DNA of 64,000 nt from an uncultured Gammaproteobacteria bacterium (GCA_964599455.1 CAZREA010000001.1:7687-71686), one strand, 5' to 3'. Positions 29,823 to 39,794 are shown, counted from the stretch's first letter. The notes: a model not told the origin generated them from the sequence alone. Made by a program: numbers and translations.

Positions 29823-30851
29823 CTACTGGCCTACCTGTGTCAAAATTTTCAGCAGCTCCTCTGCATCCTTTGCTCGCATCATCGGATCTTTATATATTTT
29901 AAAATTGGGAATTCCTTTGAAGTACCAAGAGAGATGCTTGCGGAATGTGGGTACTGATTCCGGACCGTATTGTTCCAGATGGAGTTCAAGATGACGCTTT
30001 ACAACCTTGAGACGCTCCTCGAGGGACACGACCTCAGGAGTCTCACCACGAGCGATCTGTACGTACTGTCTGAAGATCCATGGATTGCCAAGCGCACCAC
30101 GAGCAATAAGTACACCATCGCAACCGGAGATATGTAATGCTTCGTTGATACGATCTGCGGTATGGACGTCGCCATTGCAGAGCACAGGAATCGAGACCTG
30201 CTTTTTAGCTTCTCCCACCATATGCCAATCAGCAACGCCGGAGTAGCCTTGTTCCTTCGTTCGTCCGTGAATAGTAACGAGATTAGCGCCGGCATCCTCG
30301 ATGACTTTAATAAATTCCAGGCAGTCTTTGGGATTTTTCCAGCCCAGACGAATTTTCACCGACAAGGGGACCGTAATAACTTTTTTCATTTCACGGATAA
30401 TGGATGCGGCAAGAACAGGTTCTTTCATGAGTGCAGCGCCATTGAAATTGTGGACGATTTTATACACCGGGCAGCCCATGTTGATATCAAATCCTTCGGG
30501 CTGATGTTCTTCAGCGATTTTGGCGGCAGCCGCGGCCATTGTTTGGGGGTCGCTGCCAAACAGTTGCTGGACAAGAGGACGTTCGCTTTGATGAATATCG
30601 GTCATGTCGAGTGTTTTGTTGTTGCCTCGGACAACTGCTTCGGCGGAGACCATTTCACGAAAGACTATTAGAGGACCAGATGTGCCAGAAGGCCGGCCTT
30701 CAGAGGGTGAATTCTTTACATCTGGCCTACTGGCCCCACTGACCTGCGCATTCACTTCTCTCACCACCCGACAAAAAGCAGAATCGGTCATATCAGCCAT
30801 AGGCGATAGACAGATGATAGGTCTCTGCATTGATGACCAATTGAGTTCCAT
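29823..30851 (-). CDS. tRNA-dihydrouridine synthase (Dus family, TIM-barrel FMN enzyme)
   Basis: Dus family motifs (LAPMAD-like SPMADMTD, catalytic Cys region, KIRLGW). Confidence 0.9.
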   Translation of the reverse strand: MELNWSSMQRPIICLSPMADMTDSAFCRVVREVNAQVSGASRPDVKNSPSEGRPSGTSGPLIVFREMVSAEAVVRGNNKTLDMTDIHQSERPLVQQLFGSDPQTMAAAAAKIAEEHQPEGFDINMGCPVYKIVHNFNGAALMKEPVLAASIIREMKKVITVPLSVKIRLGWKNPKDCLEFIKVIEDAGANLVTIHGRTKEQGYSGVADWHMVGEAKKQVSIPVLCNGDVHTADRINEALHISGCDGVLIARGALGNPWIFRQYVQIARGETPEVVSLEERLKVVKRHLELHLEQYGPESVPTFRKHLSWYFKGIPNFKIYKDPMMRAKDAEELLKILTQVGQ

Positions 30852-30891
30852 AACGAACGATTGTATACTATCTTTACACTTTATTCAACCT

Positions 30892-31116
30892 ATGAAAAAT
30901 CTGACATTTTCCGAAGAAGAAATTTTTGAACGCATTGTCGAGGAGGGTATTTTTGAAGGTGCAGTTACCGAAGAGGAGTATCACACCTTGGTTGAAGAGG
31001 TTATTAACGACATGTTGGGCATGGGAGAATTGAATGACGATCAAAATTTGCAAGGACATATCGAACATTTGAAAGCTCGTTTTGGAGAGTACGAGAAACG
31101 GTTAGCTGATGCCTAA
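30892..31116 (+). CDS. Small acidic hypothetical protein (74 aa)
   Basis: ORF track trimmed to the ATG at 30892, because the upstream part is antisense to dus. Confidence 0.3.
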   Translation: MKNLTFSEEEIFERIVEEGIFEGAVTEEEYHTLVEEVINDMLGMGELNDDQNLQGHIEHLKARFGEYEKRLADA

Positions 31117-31133
31117 GAGAGCATAGGGAGGAT

Positions 31134-32504
31134 ATGCGCTTATCATTTCATGGTGCGACCGAAGAGGTGACCGGCTCTTGTTTTTTACTTGAAACAAGTA
31201 AGGGCAATATTTTGGTTGATTGTGGGATGGTGCAAGGTGAACGTGTTTGTTTGCTGCGCAATCTTGAATCGTTTGCGTTTGATGTCAAAAAGCTCGCCGC
31301 TGTTTTGGTTACCCATGCGCATTTTGATCATACCGGTCGTTTGCCTGAATTGGTGGCGCAAGGATATCGCGGCCCCATCTTCATGACACCTCCTACCAAA
31401 GCGATTGTCGATATTGTTCTCGAAGACTCGCTGAACATCATGAAAGAAAACGCCGAACGATGTGGTGATCCGTTGCCGTATAAAAAAGAAGATAAAGAAC
31501 AGATGCTCGCACAAGTAACGAGCATGAACTATCACACCACCTTCGAGCCGTTGCCTGGTATTGAGGTGATGTTTCATGATGCGGGACATATTTTGGGATC
31601 GTCATTTATTACCGTGCATATTCCGGTACACGAAACACAAACAGGCAAAGACATAACCTTGGCTTTTTCTGGTGATCTCGGCAACGACGATGTGCCGATT
31701 TTACCCGATACCGAACCATTGCATCGGGCAGATCTGGTGGTGTGTGAAACGACGTATGGTGATCGTGATCATGATCCAACGAAACAGCGCGCGCAAAAAC
31801 TGCTTGCTTTTTGTGAAGAAATTCTCAATCGTAAAGGAACATTGTTAATTCCTGCATTTTCGGTTGAACGAACGCAAGAGCTTTTATATGAACTTGATTT
31901 GCTGATTGAAGCAGGGAAGTTGCCAAAAGTTCCGGTGTATCTCGACAGCCCGCTTGCTATTCGTGCGACTGAAATTTACCGGCACTACAAGCACTATTTA
32001 CGCTTTGCCCATCCCATGATCACCGAGGATAAAGATTTCTTTTCTTTCCCGTCCTTGCGTGAAACGCTTTCAGTTGATGCTTCAAAAAAGATCAACGACG
32101 ATCAATGTTCAAAAATCATTATTGCCGGCAATGGCATGATGACCGGTGGTCGTATTTTGCATCACCTTATTCGTTATCTTCCCGATGCACGCAATGGCGT
32201 ACTGGTGATTGGCTTTCAAGCTTCGGGAACATTGGGAAGAAAGATTTTAAACGGAACCGATAGCGTACACATTTTTGGTAAGCCCATTTCTTGTCGTGCA
32301 AAAGTATCTTCGATTGAATCATTTTCTGCGCATGGCGATCGCGCCAAAATTGCCCGTTGGCTGCGGCCCCAAGAGGGAAGTGTACAAAAGGTGTTCTTAG
32401 TTCACGGCGACGAAGGAGCGAAACGCAGCTTTGCGCAATATCTCGCCAAAGATACATCAGCAGAAATCATTATTCCCCGGCTCCATCAGGTGTTTGAGGT
32501 ATAA
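31134..32504 (+). CDS. MBL-fold beta-CASP family hydrolase (RNase J/CPSF-like RNA-metabolising nuclease)
   Basis: HAHFDHTG motif II of metallo-beta-lactamase fold plus beta-CASP motifs A-C spacing. Confidence 0.8.
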   Translation: MRLSFHGATEEVTGSCFLLETSKGNILVDCGMVQGERVCLLRNLESFAFDVKKLAAVLVTHAHFDHTGRLPELVAQGYRGPIFMTPPTKAIVDIVLEDSLNIMKENAERCGDPLPYKKEDKEQMLAQVTSMNYHTTFEPLPGIEVMFHDAGHILGSSFITVHIPVHETQTGKDITLAFSGDLGNDDVPILPDTEPLHRADLVVCETTYGDRDHDPTKQRAQKLLAFCEEILNRKGTLLIPAFSVERTQELLYELDLLIEAGKLPKVPVYLDSPLAIRATEIYRHYKHYLRFAHPMITEDKDFFSFPSLRETLSVDASKKINDDQCSKIIIAGNGMMTGGRILHHLIRYLPDARNGVLVIGFQASGTLGRKILNGTDSVHIFGKPISCRAKVSSIESFSAHGDRAKIARWLRPQEGSVQKVFLVHGDEGAKRSFAQYLAKDTSAEIIIPRLHQVFEV

Positions 32505-33114
32505 GTGTTTTTCCCAGTTGTTCTCCGACCCACGTATAAAAATTAACAACTGATGGTGCTTCCAAAGAGAAAAGCGTTTTTTTAGGTTCATCGGTTGGGG
32601 GGAGCGTATCGATTTCCCGTGCTTCATTCGCTGCAATGACGATATCTCCTCGTTCCGGTTGGTAAACGATGACGGTGCCTTCCAAAACGGAAATTTGGAT
32701 TTTATCAAGCCATGGGTAATGAACGAGCGTTGCCAGACCATCAACAACAATCGTCGTTACTCTACTTGTGAAGGTTGCATCGCCCGATACCACGATGCGT
32801 CCATCAAGAAAAGTAAATGTTTCTTGCTCTTTACGACCATCGTCGAATAACAGAGAAGTATTCTGGTCAAGAAGAATAATCGTGCCGTCGATGCGATACG
32901 AGGCAAACTCGTTCGTAGTGGTGGTCACGGTTTCGCCGCGAATGTAGCTCCGCATGCCGTCATGAAGTGAGGAGTTGATGGGTTCGAGATTTTGATGAGA
33001 AGGGCCTCCGAGGCGGTTAGCGAGTAAAAGAATAAGAGCAATAGCGACAATAATGACAATAAGCCCGATGGTTCTTGCGGATAACTTTGTTGCTGAAAAG
33101 AGGGGTGATTGCAT
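32470..33114 (-). CDS. Hypothetical N-terminally anchored exported protein (beta-rich)
   Basis: ORF track; single N-terminal TM helix. Confidence 0.4.
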   Translation of the reverse strand: MQSPLFSATKLSARTIGLIVIIVAIALILLLANRLGGPSHQNLEPINSSLHDGMRSYIRGETVTTTTNEFASYRIDGTIILLDQNTSLLFDDGRKEQETFTFLDGRIVVSGDATFTSRVTTIVVDGLATLVHYPWLDKIQISVLEGTVIVYQPERGDIVIAANEAREIDTLPPTDEPKKTLFSLEAPSVVNFYTWVGEQLGKTLIPQTPDGAGE

Positions 33115-33130
33115 ACCGTGTGGTCAAGAT

Positions 33131-34000
33131 ATGAGAAGTTTCCCCAATCGTATCACAGCTTTTCGAAGAAAGCTTCTCGCTTGGTTTCGTATTGTCGGCA
33201 GAGATTTGCCTTGGCGACAAACGCATGATCCTTACGCGATCGTGGTTTCTGAAATTATGTTGCAACAAACCCAGGTCGATCGCGTCATTCCCAAATACCA
33301 GGCCTGGCTTCAGACGTTTCCTACTTGGGAAATATTAGCAAAAGCATCGACCACTGATGTATTAAAGGCGTGGAGCGGACTTGGATATAATCGTCGTGCG
33401 TTGATGCTGCAACGTCTGGCACAAACGATTGTTGTGCGTGGGAGTTTTCCGCAGGAGATCGATGACATGATCAAACTTCCCGGTATCGGACCCTACACCG
33501 CACATGCCGTTGCTGCCTTTGCTTTTCAAAAGAAAGGTGCAGCGCCGGTCGATACCAATATTGATCGCGTGCTGCGTCGGGTTTTCGGTAGACGTGACGC
33601 ACGTAAAAAAGAGATTGCCGAGCTCGCGCAAACGGTTGCGCCCAAAGATGTGTGGTCGTGGAATCATGCGCTGATGGATTTGGGTGCAACCAAGTGCATG
33701 GCACGAAATCCAAAATGCGAAACCTGCCCTCTTAAAGATATCTGTTTGTCATATCCCTGCATCGGAGATGATATTGTGAAAGTGAAGCAGAAGAAGTTTG
33801 AGGGTTCTGATCGGATGTATCGAGGGAAAATAGTAAAGATGTTGCAGGGAAGGGAGTTTTTACCGGTCCGGCAATTGGGAAGGCTGTTGGATTTGACGGA
33901 TAAAGAACGGATGAAACGGATTCTTGATGGGCTTGTAAAGGATGGATTTATTATTGTTGATGCACAGGGTTCTCTTCGGATTGCGGATAAGAATAGGTAG
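33131..34000 (+). CDS. HhH-GPD base-excision DNA glycosylase with 4Fe-4S cluster loop (MutY/Nth family; A/G-specific adenine glycosylase-like) plus C-terminal winged-helix-like extension
   Basis: LPGIGPYTA HhH, catalytic Asp context, CxxxxxxCxxCxxxxxC cluster; start trimmed to the ATG at 33131. Confidence 0.8.
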   Translation: MRSFPNRITAFRRKLLAWFRIVGRDLPWRQTHDPYAIVVSEIMLQQTQVDRVIPKYQAWLQTFPTWEILAKASTTDVLKAWSGLGYNRRALMLQRLAQTIVVRGSFPQEIDDMIKLPGIGPYTAHAVAAFAFQKKGAAPVDTNIDRVLRRVFGRRDARKKEIAELAQTVAPKDVWSWNHALMDLGATKCMARNPKCETCPLKDICLSYPCIGDDIVKVKQKKFEGSDRMYRGKIVKMLQGREFLPVRQLGRLLDLTDKERMKRILDGLVKDGFIIVDAQGSLRIADKNR

Positions 34001-34152
34001 AATGAAAAAGATCCTGACGCTAGGAAGGATCTATCATGACCATAAGCGATTGTTGCTCCGAAGGAATTTTTCTAGACCCTTCCTCTTCGCTTCACTCAGA
34101 GTCAGGGTTTTCCTCATCCGTTGTATCCGTCTTTAATCCGTCCTATCAGTTT

Positions 34153-34419
34153 ATGCTATACGAATTCTACGGTGACACCTGCCCGCACTGCATTGTCATG
34201 AAATCCATGGTGGAGAAACTTGAAAAAGAACTTGGTCTTACGGTTGAAAAGTTTGAAGTGTGGAATAATGAAGAAAATGCTAAAAAGATGGAAGAAATTG
34301 ATCGAGGCCTTTGTGGTGGTGTGCCGTTTTTTTACAATACCGATTCTGAGCAGTTTATCTGTGGATCAGCCGATGAAGAAACGCTCAGAAAATGGATGAA
34401 AGGCGAGAAGGTTGCGTAG
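34153..34419 (+). CDS. Thioredoxin-fold small redox protein (glutaredoxin/thioredoxin-like, CPHC active site)
   Basis: FYGDTCPHC motif, length about 88 aa from the internal ATG. Confidence 0.6.
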   Translation: MLYEFYGDTCPHCIVMKSMVEKLEKELGLTVEKFEVWNNEENAKKMEEIDRGLCGGVPFFYNTDSEQFICGSADEETLRKWMKGEKVA

Positions 34420-34422
34420 AAA

Positions 34423-34496
34423 AGACCTCGACGCCAGGAGAGGCCTAGAAAATTCCTGCGAAAGAATTTGCTAGATCCTTCCTGACGTCAGGATCT
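34423..34496. repeat. Palindromic MITE/REP-like element (GACGCCAGGAGAGGCCTAG ... CTAGATCCTTCCTGACGTCAGGATC) followed by a T-run; acts as or replaces a terminator
   Basis: Direct comparison with family copies. A partial hairpin of the same family lies at 34003-34030 (AGATCCTGACGCTAGGAAGGATCT). Confidence 0.7.
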
Positions 34497-34501
34497 TTTT
34501 C

Positions 34502-35392
34502 ATGCGATCTCTATCCATTCTTATTACAGGCTTTCTTTTACTGGGCGCTGGCTGCACCCCTTCTTTTGGTGCGACATTTTTTTCTGCAGAGGATTTAGGA
34601 TTTGCCGAAAATACCATGATCGTTCTTGAACAAACCTATCTTGGCATCAATCATCCCCTTTCTGATCAGGGAAAAAAGACGGTTACCATCTCTTCTTGGA
34701 ATCCTTCTGTGAGCGCGACGTTGTCTTGGATTCAGCAAGATCAACAAGAAACTGCTGAATCTCGGGCGGCGCGTGAAGCGGCTTTGCAGGCGCCAGTAGG
34801 ATCGGAGACAACAGTGCCTGATCCTGTTTATGAAACAGTGACAACCCAAGGAACGATTACGACTGATGCACTCGATGATGCTTCAGCTATCCTGCTGCCA
34901 AAAGATTGGACTGCAGGAGATCAGAATCTTTCTGGGCAAGGCAATGGCGTATTGTGGCTATCAAAGAAACAGTATGAAGAGTTGATTCAAACGCGATCAA
35001 CGCACCTTACCCTTGGCGCCTTTGATGCGGCACTGCAAAAGATTCATGACCTTTCCACAACCGCGCAACATGCACTGGCGGCATTACAAGGTACAGAAGC
35101 AAGTCAGCAAAACGATGCTTTAGGTGATGCAACCAAAATAACTGCCGACGCTGATTGGGGAACGATGACGCTGAGGCTTAATGATCAGCAAGTAAAAGTA
35201 AAAACCGTGACTGCGCAAAATGCGTTTGCTGCATATGTCATTTTGGCAAATCCTAACAATCCTCTTATTCTTAAAGTTACGCCCAAACCTTGGGCCCTTG
35301 GTATCGGTGTTTTTTCTGGCTCAGCATTCTGGCAACAGTTGGCTGGCTATGTGGTGACGCAGATTACGGTTTCTCCTTCTTCTCAACCATGA
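34502..35392 (+). CDS. Putative lipoprotein (signal peptide with LLGAGC lipobox), function unknown
   Basis: N-terminal signal/lipobox; ORF track. Confidence 0.5.
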   Translation: MRSLSILITGFLLLGAGCTPSFGATFFSAEDLGFAENTMIVLEQTYLGINHPLSDQGKKTVTISSWNPSVSATLSWIQQDQQETAESRAAREAALQAPVGSETTVPDPVYETVTTQGTITTDALDDASAILLPKDWTAGDQNLSGQGNGVLWLSKKQYEELIQTRSTHLTLGAFDAALQKIHDLSTTAQHALAALQGTEASQQNDALGDATKITADADWGTMTLRLNDQQVKVKTVTAQNAFAAYVILANPNNPLILKVTPKPWALGIGVFSGSAFWQQLAGYVVTQITVSPSSQP

Positions 35393-35414
35393 TCTTTTTT
35401 GATAGTATGGCTGT

Positions 35415-35936
35415 ATGAATACGATTTCCTCAACCTTGCAAATTCCGCTTCAAGGCATCATCCTGGAAGCACAGAAACACATCCCCGTTTCCGTGGTTGA
35501 TATTGCCAAAAGTTTGCATATAAAAATTTATAAAACCAAAGATTTAAAAGATGGAGAATCGGGATTGATCCGCAAAGAAGGAAATGAGTACATTATTTAC
35601 GTAAACAGTGCGCATCCCAATACGCGTCAGCGTTTTACGATTGCGCATGAAATCGCGCATTTTCTTCTCGATAAAGCGAAGCTCGATCAAGGTGATGAAA
35701 TTGTGGAAAATGCAAAGCGTGAAGTGGTGCTCTATCGATCCGATTCCGCCGACCAAGATAAGCAAACAGAAATGCGTGCCGATCAACTTGCTGCTGAAAT
35801 TTTGATGCCCGCTGAGGATTTCCTCAAGATTTGGAAAGAATCGCAAACACTCGAAGAAGTTGCAGAAAAGTTTCACGTTTCTGCTAGTGCAGCATCCATT
35901 CGTGCAAAATACTTGCTCGGCTTCATGGCCATCTAA
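35415..35936 (+). CDS. ImmA/IrrE-family (DUF955) zinc metallopeptidase
   Basis: HEIAHFLL HExxH motif in the typical ImmA context. Confidence 0.65.
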   Translation: MNTISSTLQIPLQGIILEAQKHIPVSVVDIAKSLHIKIYKTKDLKDGESGLIRKEGNEYIIYVNSAHPNTRQRFTIAHEIAHFLLDKAKLDQGDEIVENAKREVVLYRSDSADQDKQTEMRADQLAAEILMPAEDFLKIWKESQTLEEVAEKFHVSASAASIRAKYLLGFMAI

Positions 35937-35948
35937 ATTATTTCATCT

Positions 35949-36266
35949 ATGTCTGCTGCTGAAGATACCAGGAGGGAAGTGACCAAAAATGAAGAATACG
36001 GCAAGATTGATGAATTGGCACAACAGGCGCGTCGAAAAAATCATCTGCGCGAACAGCGTGTTCGTGACGCCATTAATCGTGTGTCGGTATTAAGTATCTA
36101 TCTGGTTTTCGGTTTTATTATCGGTAGTTTCTTTATATTTTTGCATCACTATTGGGCCATGGATGATTGGACAACATTGCAGTCGTGGTTTTTTACCATT
36201 GTCGCAGCTTTTTCTGGGTACGTGTTTCGTCACTGGCAGGACAATGGCATGGAGAGGGAGGAGTAA
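35949..36266 (+). CDS. Small membrane protein, hypothetical
   Basis: ORF track; two hydrophobic helices. Confidence 0.35.
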   Translation: MSAAEDTRREVTKNEEYGKIDELAQQARRKNHLREQRVRDAINRVSVLSIYLVFGFIIGSFFIFLHHYWAMDDWTTLQSWFFTIVAAFSGYVFRHWQDNGMEREE

Positions 36267-36267
36267 T

Positions 36268-37122
36268 TTACTCGTACTTCCCTAACCACCGCGCATCCAC
36301 TGCCACTTCAAGCTCTACAAAATATTTTTTTCCACTGACTGATTCCAATTCATTGCGTACGGATTGGCTAATTTCTTTAATGCCACGTGCGCCTTTGCCG
36401 ATGATCATCGGTTTGTAGCGTTCGGCATTGGTGTAGACGATGGCGTGTACATAGGTTGAACCGTTTTGTCGGTCGGAAATTTCATCGACTTCCACATGCG
36501 TCGAATAAGGGACCTCTTCTTTTAATCGTAAGAAAAGTTTTTCACGGATAAGTTCTGCCATCCATTCTTCGTTTGATAAATTGGTAAATTGAAATTCAGG
36601 GTAGGGAAGAATATCTGATTCTGGCATCTGTTCAAACAGCCATCGTTCTACACGATCGATGTCTTTTTTTGTTAATGCCGAAACTTCTGCATAGGCATCG
36701 AACTTTTTGGCGAGATCGCGATAATAATCAATAAAGTTTTTAGAACTTTTATCATCAACTTTATTAATGATGAGGATTTTTGGTTTCGTGACATGTTCGA
36801 CGAGTTTGAAAGCTTGTTTTTCTTCGTCGCCGACCGGACGGGTTGGGTCAACCACATACATGACTGCATCAACATCGCGCAAGGCATCTTTGGCGTAATC
36901 AAGAAGGCGCTGGGTAAGCCCGTCGCGTGCTTTTTGCATCACGCCCGGAGTGTCGACAAACACAATCTGTCCCTCTTCACGGGTAATCACGCCCTGAATG
37001 GGACGACGGGTTGTTTGGGGTTTTGGGGTCGTAATGGCGACCTTGGTGCCGACAAGGGTGTTGAGAAGGGTTGATTTTCCTACATTCGATCGGCCGATAA
37101 TGGCCACAAAGCCTGCTTTCAT
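36268..37122 (-). CDS. era: GTPase Era (GTP-binding domain plus KH domain)
   Basis: GRSNVGKST G1, DTPG G3, NKVD G4, C-terminal KH fold. Confidence 0.95.
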   Translation of the reverse strand: MKAGFVAIIGRSNVGKSTLLNTLVGTKVAITTPKPQTTRRPIQGVITREEGQIVFVDTPGVMQKARDGLTQRLLDYAKDALRDVDAVMYVVDPTRPVGDEEKQAFKLVEHVTKPKILIINKVDDKSSKNFIDYYRDLAKKFDAYAEVSALTKKDIDRVERWLFEQMPESDILPYPEFQFTNLSNEEWMAELIREKLFLRLKEEVPYSTHVEVDEISDRQNGSTYVHAIVYTNAERYKPMIIGKGARGIKEISQSVRNELESVSGKKYFVELEVAVDARWLGKYE

Positions 37123-37195
37123 AGTTGTTTTGCACGATACGGTATTTATACAACAAAAGCAACATTTATCGTGTTATACTACAGAAAATTTTCTT

Positions 37196-37798
37196 ATGCC
37201 TCGACCATCTTCATTGCGTTCATCAACTTCTTCTTCACCGCGACCACAGGATCGTTGGCACATGTGGGTTCTTACGTTGCTCGCACTTGCTATGGGATTG
37301 CTGACCATCACTTTGCTTATGAAGCGTAATGAGTTACTAACGGAAAAGATTGATACATTGCGGAACGCGCAAACGGATTTGCGCGAGAAAGTATCAGTAT
37401 TTCTTCAAGAACAAGAAGATGAGGAAAAGGCAGAAACAGCAAAGGAAAATGCGGCTATCACTATTCTTTCTCCAATAGCGAATGCTCGTATTCAAGATGC
37501 AAAGAATTTGATTGTTACGGGTATAGCTGCTCCGAATGCATATATTTGGGGATATATTAATACACCTTCTTCAGAAAAATTGGGTGCAAATACATACGCT
37601 AACGGTGGTACGACTCAAGCTGACGCAGGCGGAAACTTTACTCTACAGCTTGCTGAGCCATGTGCGACATCGATTGCTCTTGTCTTGGCTGCGGTTCCAG
37701 AGGAGCATATTCAGGACGAAGTTTGGGATGCTGCATATTTAAGCGAATCGCGATTTCTTACATTTGAAGGAGATCTACCTGGTGTTTGTACGCAATAA
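37196..37798 (+). CDS. Hypothetical membrane-anchored protein (TM helix, coiled coil, beta-rich C-terminal domain)
   Basis: ORF track trimmed to the ATG at 37196; upstream part is antisense to era. Confidence 0.45.
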   Translation: MPRPSSLRSSTSSSPRPQDRWHMWVLTLLALAMGLLTITLLMKRNELLTEKIDTLRNAQTDLREKVSVFLQEQEDEEKAETAKENAAITILSPIANARIQDAKNLIVTGIAAPNAYIWGYINTPSSEKLGANTYANGGTTQADAGGNFTLQLAEPCATSIALVLAAVPEEHIQDEVWDAAYLSESRFLTFEGDLPGVCTQ

Positions 37799-37830
37799 AA
37801 AATACCGCCCAAACGGGCGGTATTTTTTAT
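37797..37830. terminator. Bidirectional rho-independent terminator (ATACCGCCC-AAAC-GGGCGGTAT flanked by A-run and T-run) between convergent genes
   Basis: Sequence inspection. Confidence 0.7.
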
Positions 37831-38999
37831 CGATGGATAAGTTTAGTAACCACCTCGACATGCGGTGTGTGCGGGAACATGTCGATTGCACGGATGCTTT
37901 CGACCTCGTAACTTTTCGAGAGAATAACTAGTTCACGAGCAAGATTTTTGTAATTGCAGGACACGTAAACAATTTCTTTTGGCGCATTCGGTTTCATGAG
38001 ATCGTCGAGCGTGGTGGGATGAAGACCAGCGCGAGGGGGATCGATAATGGCGATGTCGGCGTTGTAGGCCAGCCAATCGATGTTTTCGGTGGGTGAGGCA
38101 AGATATTCTATGGTATCTTGCAGATTATTTAATTCGGCATTCACGTGAGCATCCTTAATTGCATCGGCAACGAGCTCGATACCGATGGTGCGTTTGGCAT
38201 CTTTTGCAAGAGCAATCGAAAAGAATCCCGTGCCACAATACAGATCAAGTAGTGTTTTATCTGAGAGGTCGCCGACGAATTCTCGCACGGTATCAAGAAG
38301 TGCTGATGCGGCATGAGGATTTGTTTGAAAGAAGGCATTAGGAGAAATACGATAGCGATAGCCGCTAATGTTTTCTTCAATGCATCCATCACCGAAAATA
38401 ACGTGCATTTCGTCGCCGTATGATACGTCCGAGGCGGTGTGATTGACTGTCCATAGAATTGTCGGATGAACAGACCCCGACGCCAGGAGGGGCCTAGAAG
38501 ATTTCTGTGTCAGTTCCGTGAGATTCTCTAATGCCATTTCAATTTTTCTTTTTTCACTATCATCCGTTGGCGTACTTGTGACAATCGTGATTATCGCTTG
38601 TCCAAGCGTCGTTGAACGAATGACGGCATAACGCAAGCATCCCACATTTGCTTTGCGATCATAAAAAGACAGTCCTGCTGTTTTCGTCCAATCGCGTACA
38701 ATATGAAAAAGCTCTTCAATACGTTCATCGGCGAGAAAGCAGGTATGGTCATCGATGACTCTCCACCATTTGCCTTTTTCCCGCAGCCCCACACTTCCTT
38801 GCCAATCAATCACAAAGTCCATGCGATTGCGATAGTGTGTAGTTTTTGGCGAAGCAATGATTTCCTCAATGCGAAGATCAAGGTTTTTGATTTTGAATGA
38901 ACCGTTAATATCGGAAAGTTTTTGCTGAAGCTGCTTTTGATAGGGAATGTGACTCCAACCACAGGAGCCACAAACGTCGGGATGAGGGCAGGGGGACAT
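37827..38999 (-). CDS. 23S rRNA (uracil-5)-methyltransferase, RlmD/RumA (TrmA) family. Has an N-terminal Cys cluster and carries an in-frame insertion from the palindromic repeat family.
   Basis: CxxxxxCGxC Fe-S/TRAM region, SAM-binding LDLYCGTG, DPPRAG motif; start trimmed to MSPCPHP. Confidence 0.85.
   Translation of the reverse strand: MSPCPHPDVCGSCGWSHIPYQKQLQQKLSDINGSFKIKNLDLRIEEIIASPKTTHYRNRMDFVIDWQGSVGLREKGKWWRVIDDHTCFLADERIEELFHIVRDWTKTAGLSFYDRKANVGCLRYAVIRSTTLGQAIITIVTSTPTDDSEKRKIEMALENLTELTQKSSRPLLASGSVHPTILWTVNHTASDVSYGDEMHVIFGDGCIEENISGYRYRISPNAFFQTNPHAASALLDTVREFVGDLSDKTLLDLYCGTGFFSIALAKDAKRTIGIELVADAIKDAHVNAELNNLQDTIEYLASPTENIDWLAYNADIAIIDPPRAGLHPTTLDDLMKPNAPKEIVYVSCNYKNLARELVILSKSYEVESIRAIDMFPHTPHVEVVTKLIHR
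38471..38507. repeat. Left arm of the palindromic element (CAGACCCCGACGCCAGGAGGGGCCTAGAAGA) lying in-frame inside the methyltransferase gene, where it encodes SSRPLLASGSVHP
   Basis: Direct comparison with family copies; reading-frame check on the minus strand. Confidence 0.65.
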
Positions 39000-39074
39000 A
39001 GAGAGGGGAAAGAAGGAATTGAGGGGAGAAGGGGGATGGAGGATGAGAACAGGGACTAGCCCCACTGGCCTTCT

Positions 39075-39539
39075 TTGGCTACTATGCTACACGTTCCTAT
39101 GCCTCTCGTCATCATTGCTCATAATATTCGCAGTCTCCACAATGTTGGCGCCATTTTTCGCAGTGCTGCTGCATTTGGGATTGAAAAAGTCTATTTAACC
39201 GGGTACACGGCCACGCCACCACGAAAAGAAATCGCGAAAGTCGCATTAGGATCGGAGAGATTGGTTCCGTGGGAAGCAGACGATATCACTGTTGTCATTG
39301 AATCGCTGAAGCAAAGTGGCTATAGTATTTGCGCACTCGAAACGACACCTGATGCGCAGCTCATTGATCAAGTACGGCAAGATCGCACCGCACTGATTCT
39401 CGGAAACGAAGTCGAAGGTATCGAGCCGGAAATATTGTCCCAATGTGACCAAAAGATCATCATTCCGATGCACGCCAAGCGATCGCTGAATGTTTCGGTT
39501 GCCGCCGGAGTAGCGATGTACGCCTTCACGCGCTTATAG
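39075..39539 (+). CDS. SpoU/TrmH-family RNA 2'-O-methyltransferase (SPOUT fold)
   Basis: SPOUT motifs (NIRSLHNVGAIFRSA, LILGNEVEGI, IPMHAKRSLNVSVAAGV). Confidence 0.8.
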   Translation: MATMLHVPMPLVIIAHNIRSLHNVGAIFRSAAAFGIEKVYLTGYTATPPRKEIAKVALGSERLVPWEADDITVVIESLKQSGYSICALETTPDAQLIDQVRQDRTALILGNEVEGIEPEILSQCDQKIIIPMHAKRSLNVSVAAGVAMYAFTRL

Positions 39540-39606
39540 CTCAGCTGGATAGAGTGTCTCCCTCCGAAGGAGAAGGTCGGACGTTCGAATCGTCCTAAGC
39601 GCACCA
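39530..39606 (+). tRNA. tRNA-Arg (anticodon CCG), CCA encoded; its 5' end overlaps the last codons and stop of the SpoU gene
   Basis: Hand fold: acceptor GCGCTTA/TAAGCGC, D-arm GCTC AGCTGGATA GAGT, anticodon stem TCTCC/GGAGA with loop CTCCGAA, T-arm GGACG TTCGAAT CGTCC. Confidence 0.8.
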
Positions 39607-39794
39607 GCCCTTTTTTAAGTTAATAATAGCAAAAAAGATACAGGGAAATCTTGAAGAAGTCGTACGAAGTGATAAGATAGATAGAGATTTATCAGATGAA
39701 ATTCTTAAATCCGTCTTTACTGTCCTGATCCGCCCGCCCTTTGTAGCTCTCAAGCATAATGCGAGAGCGAAGAAGGGTTCCATCCGTTTCCTCT

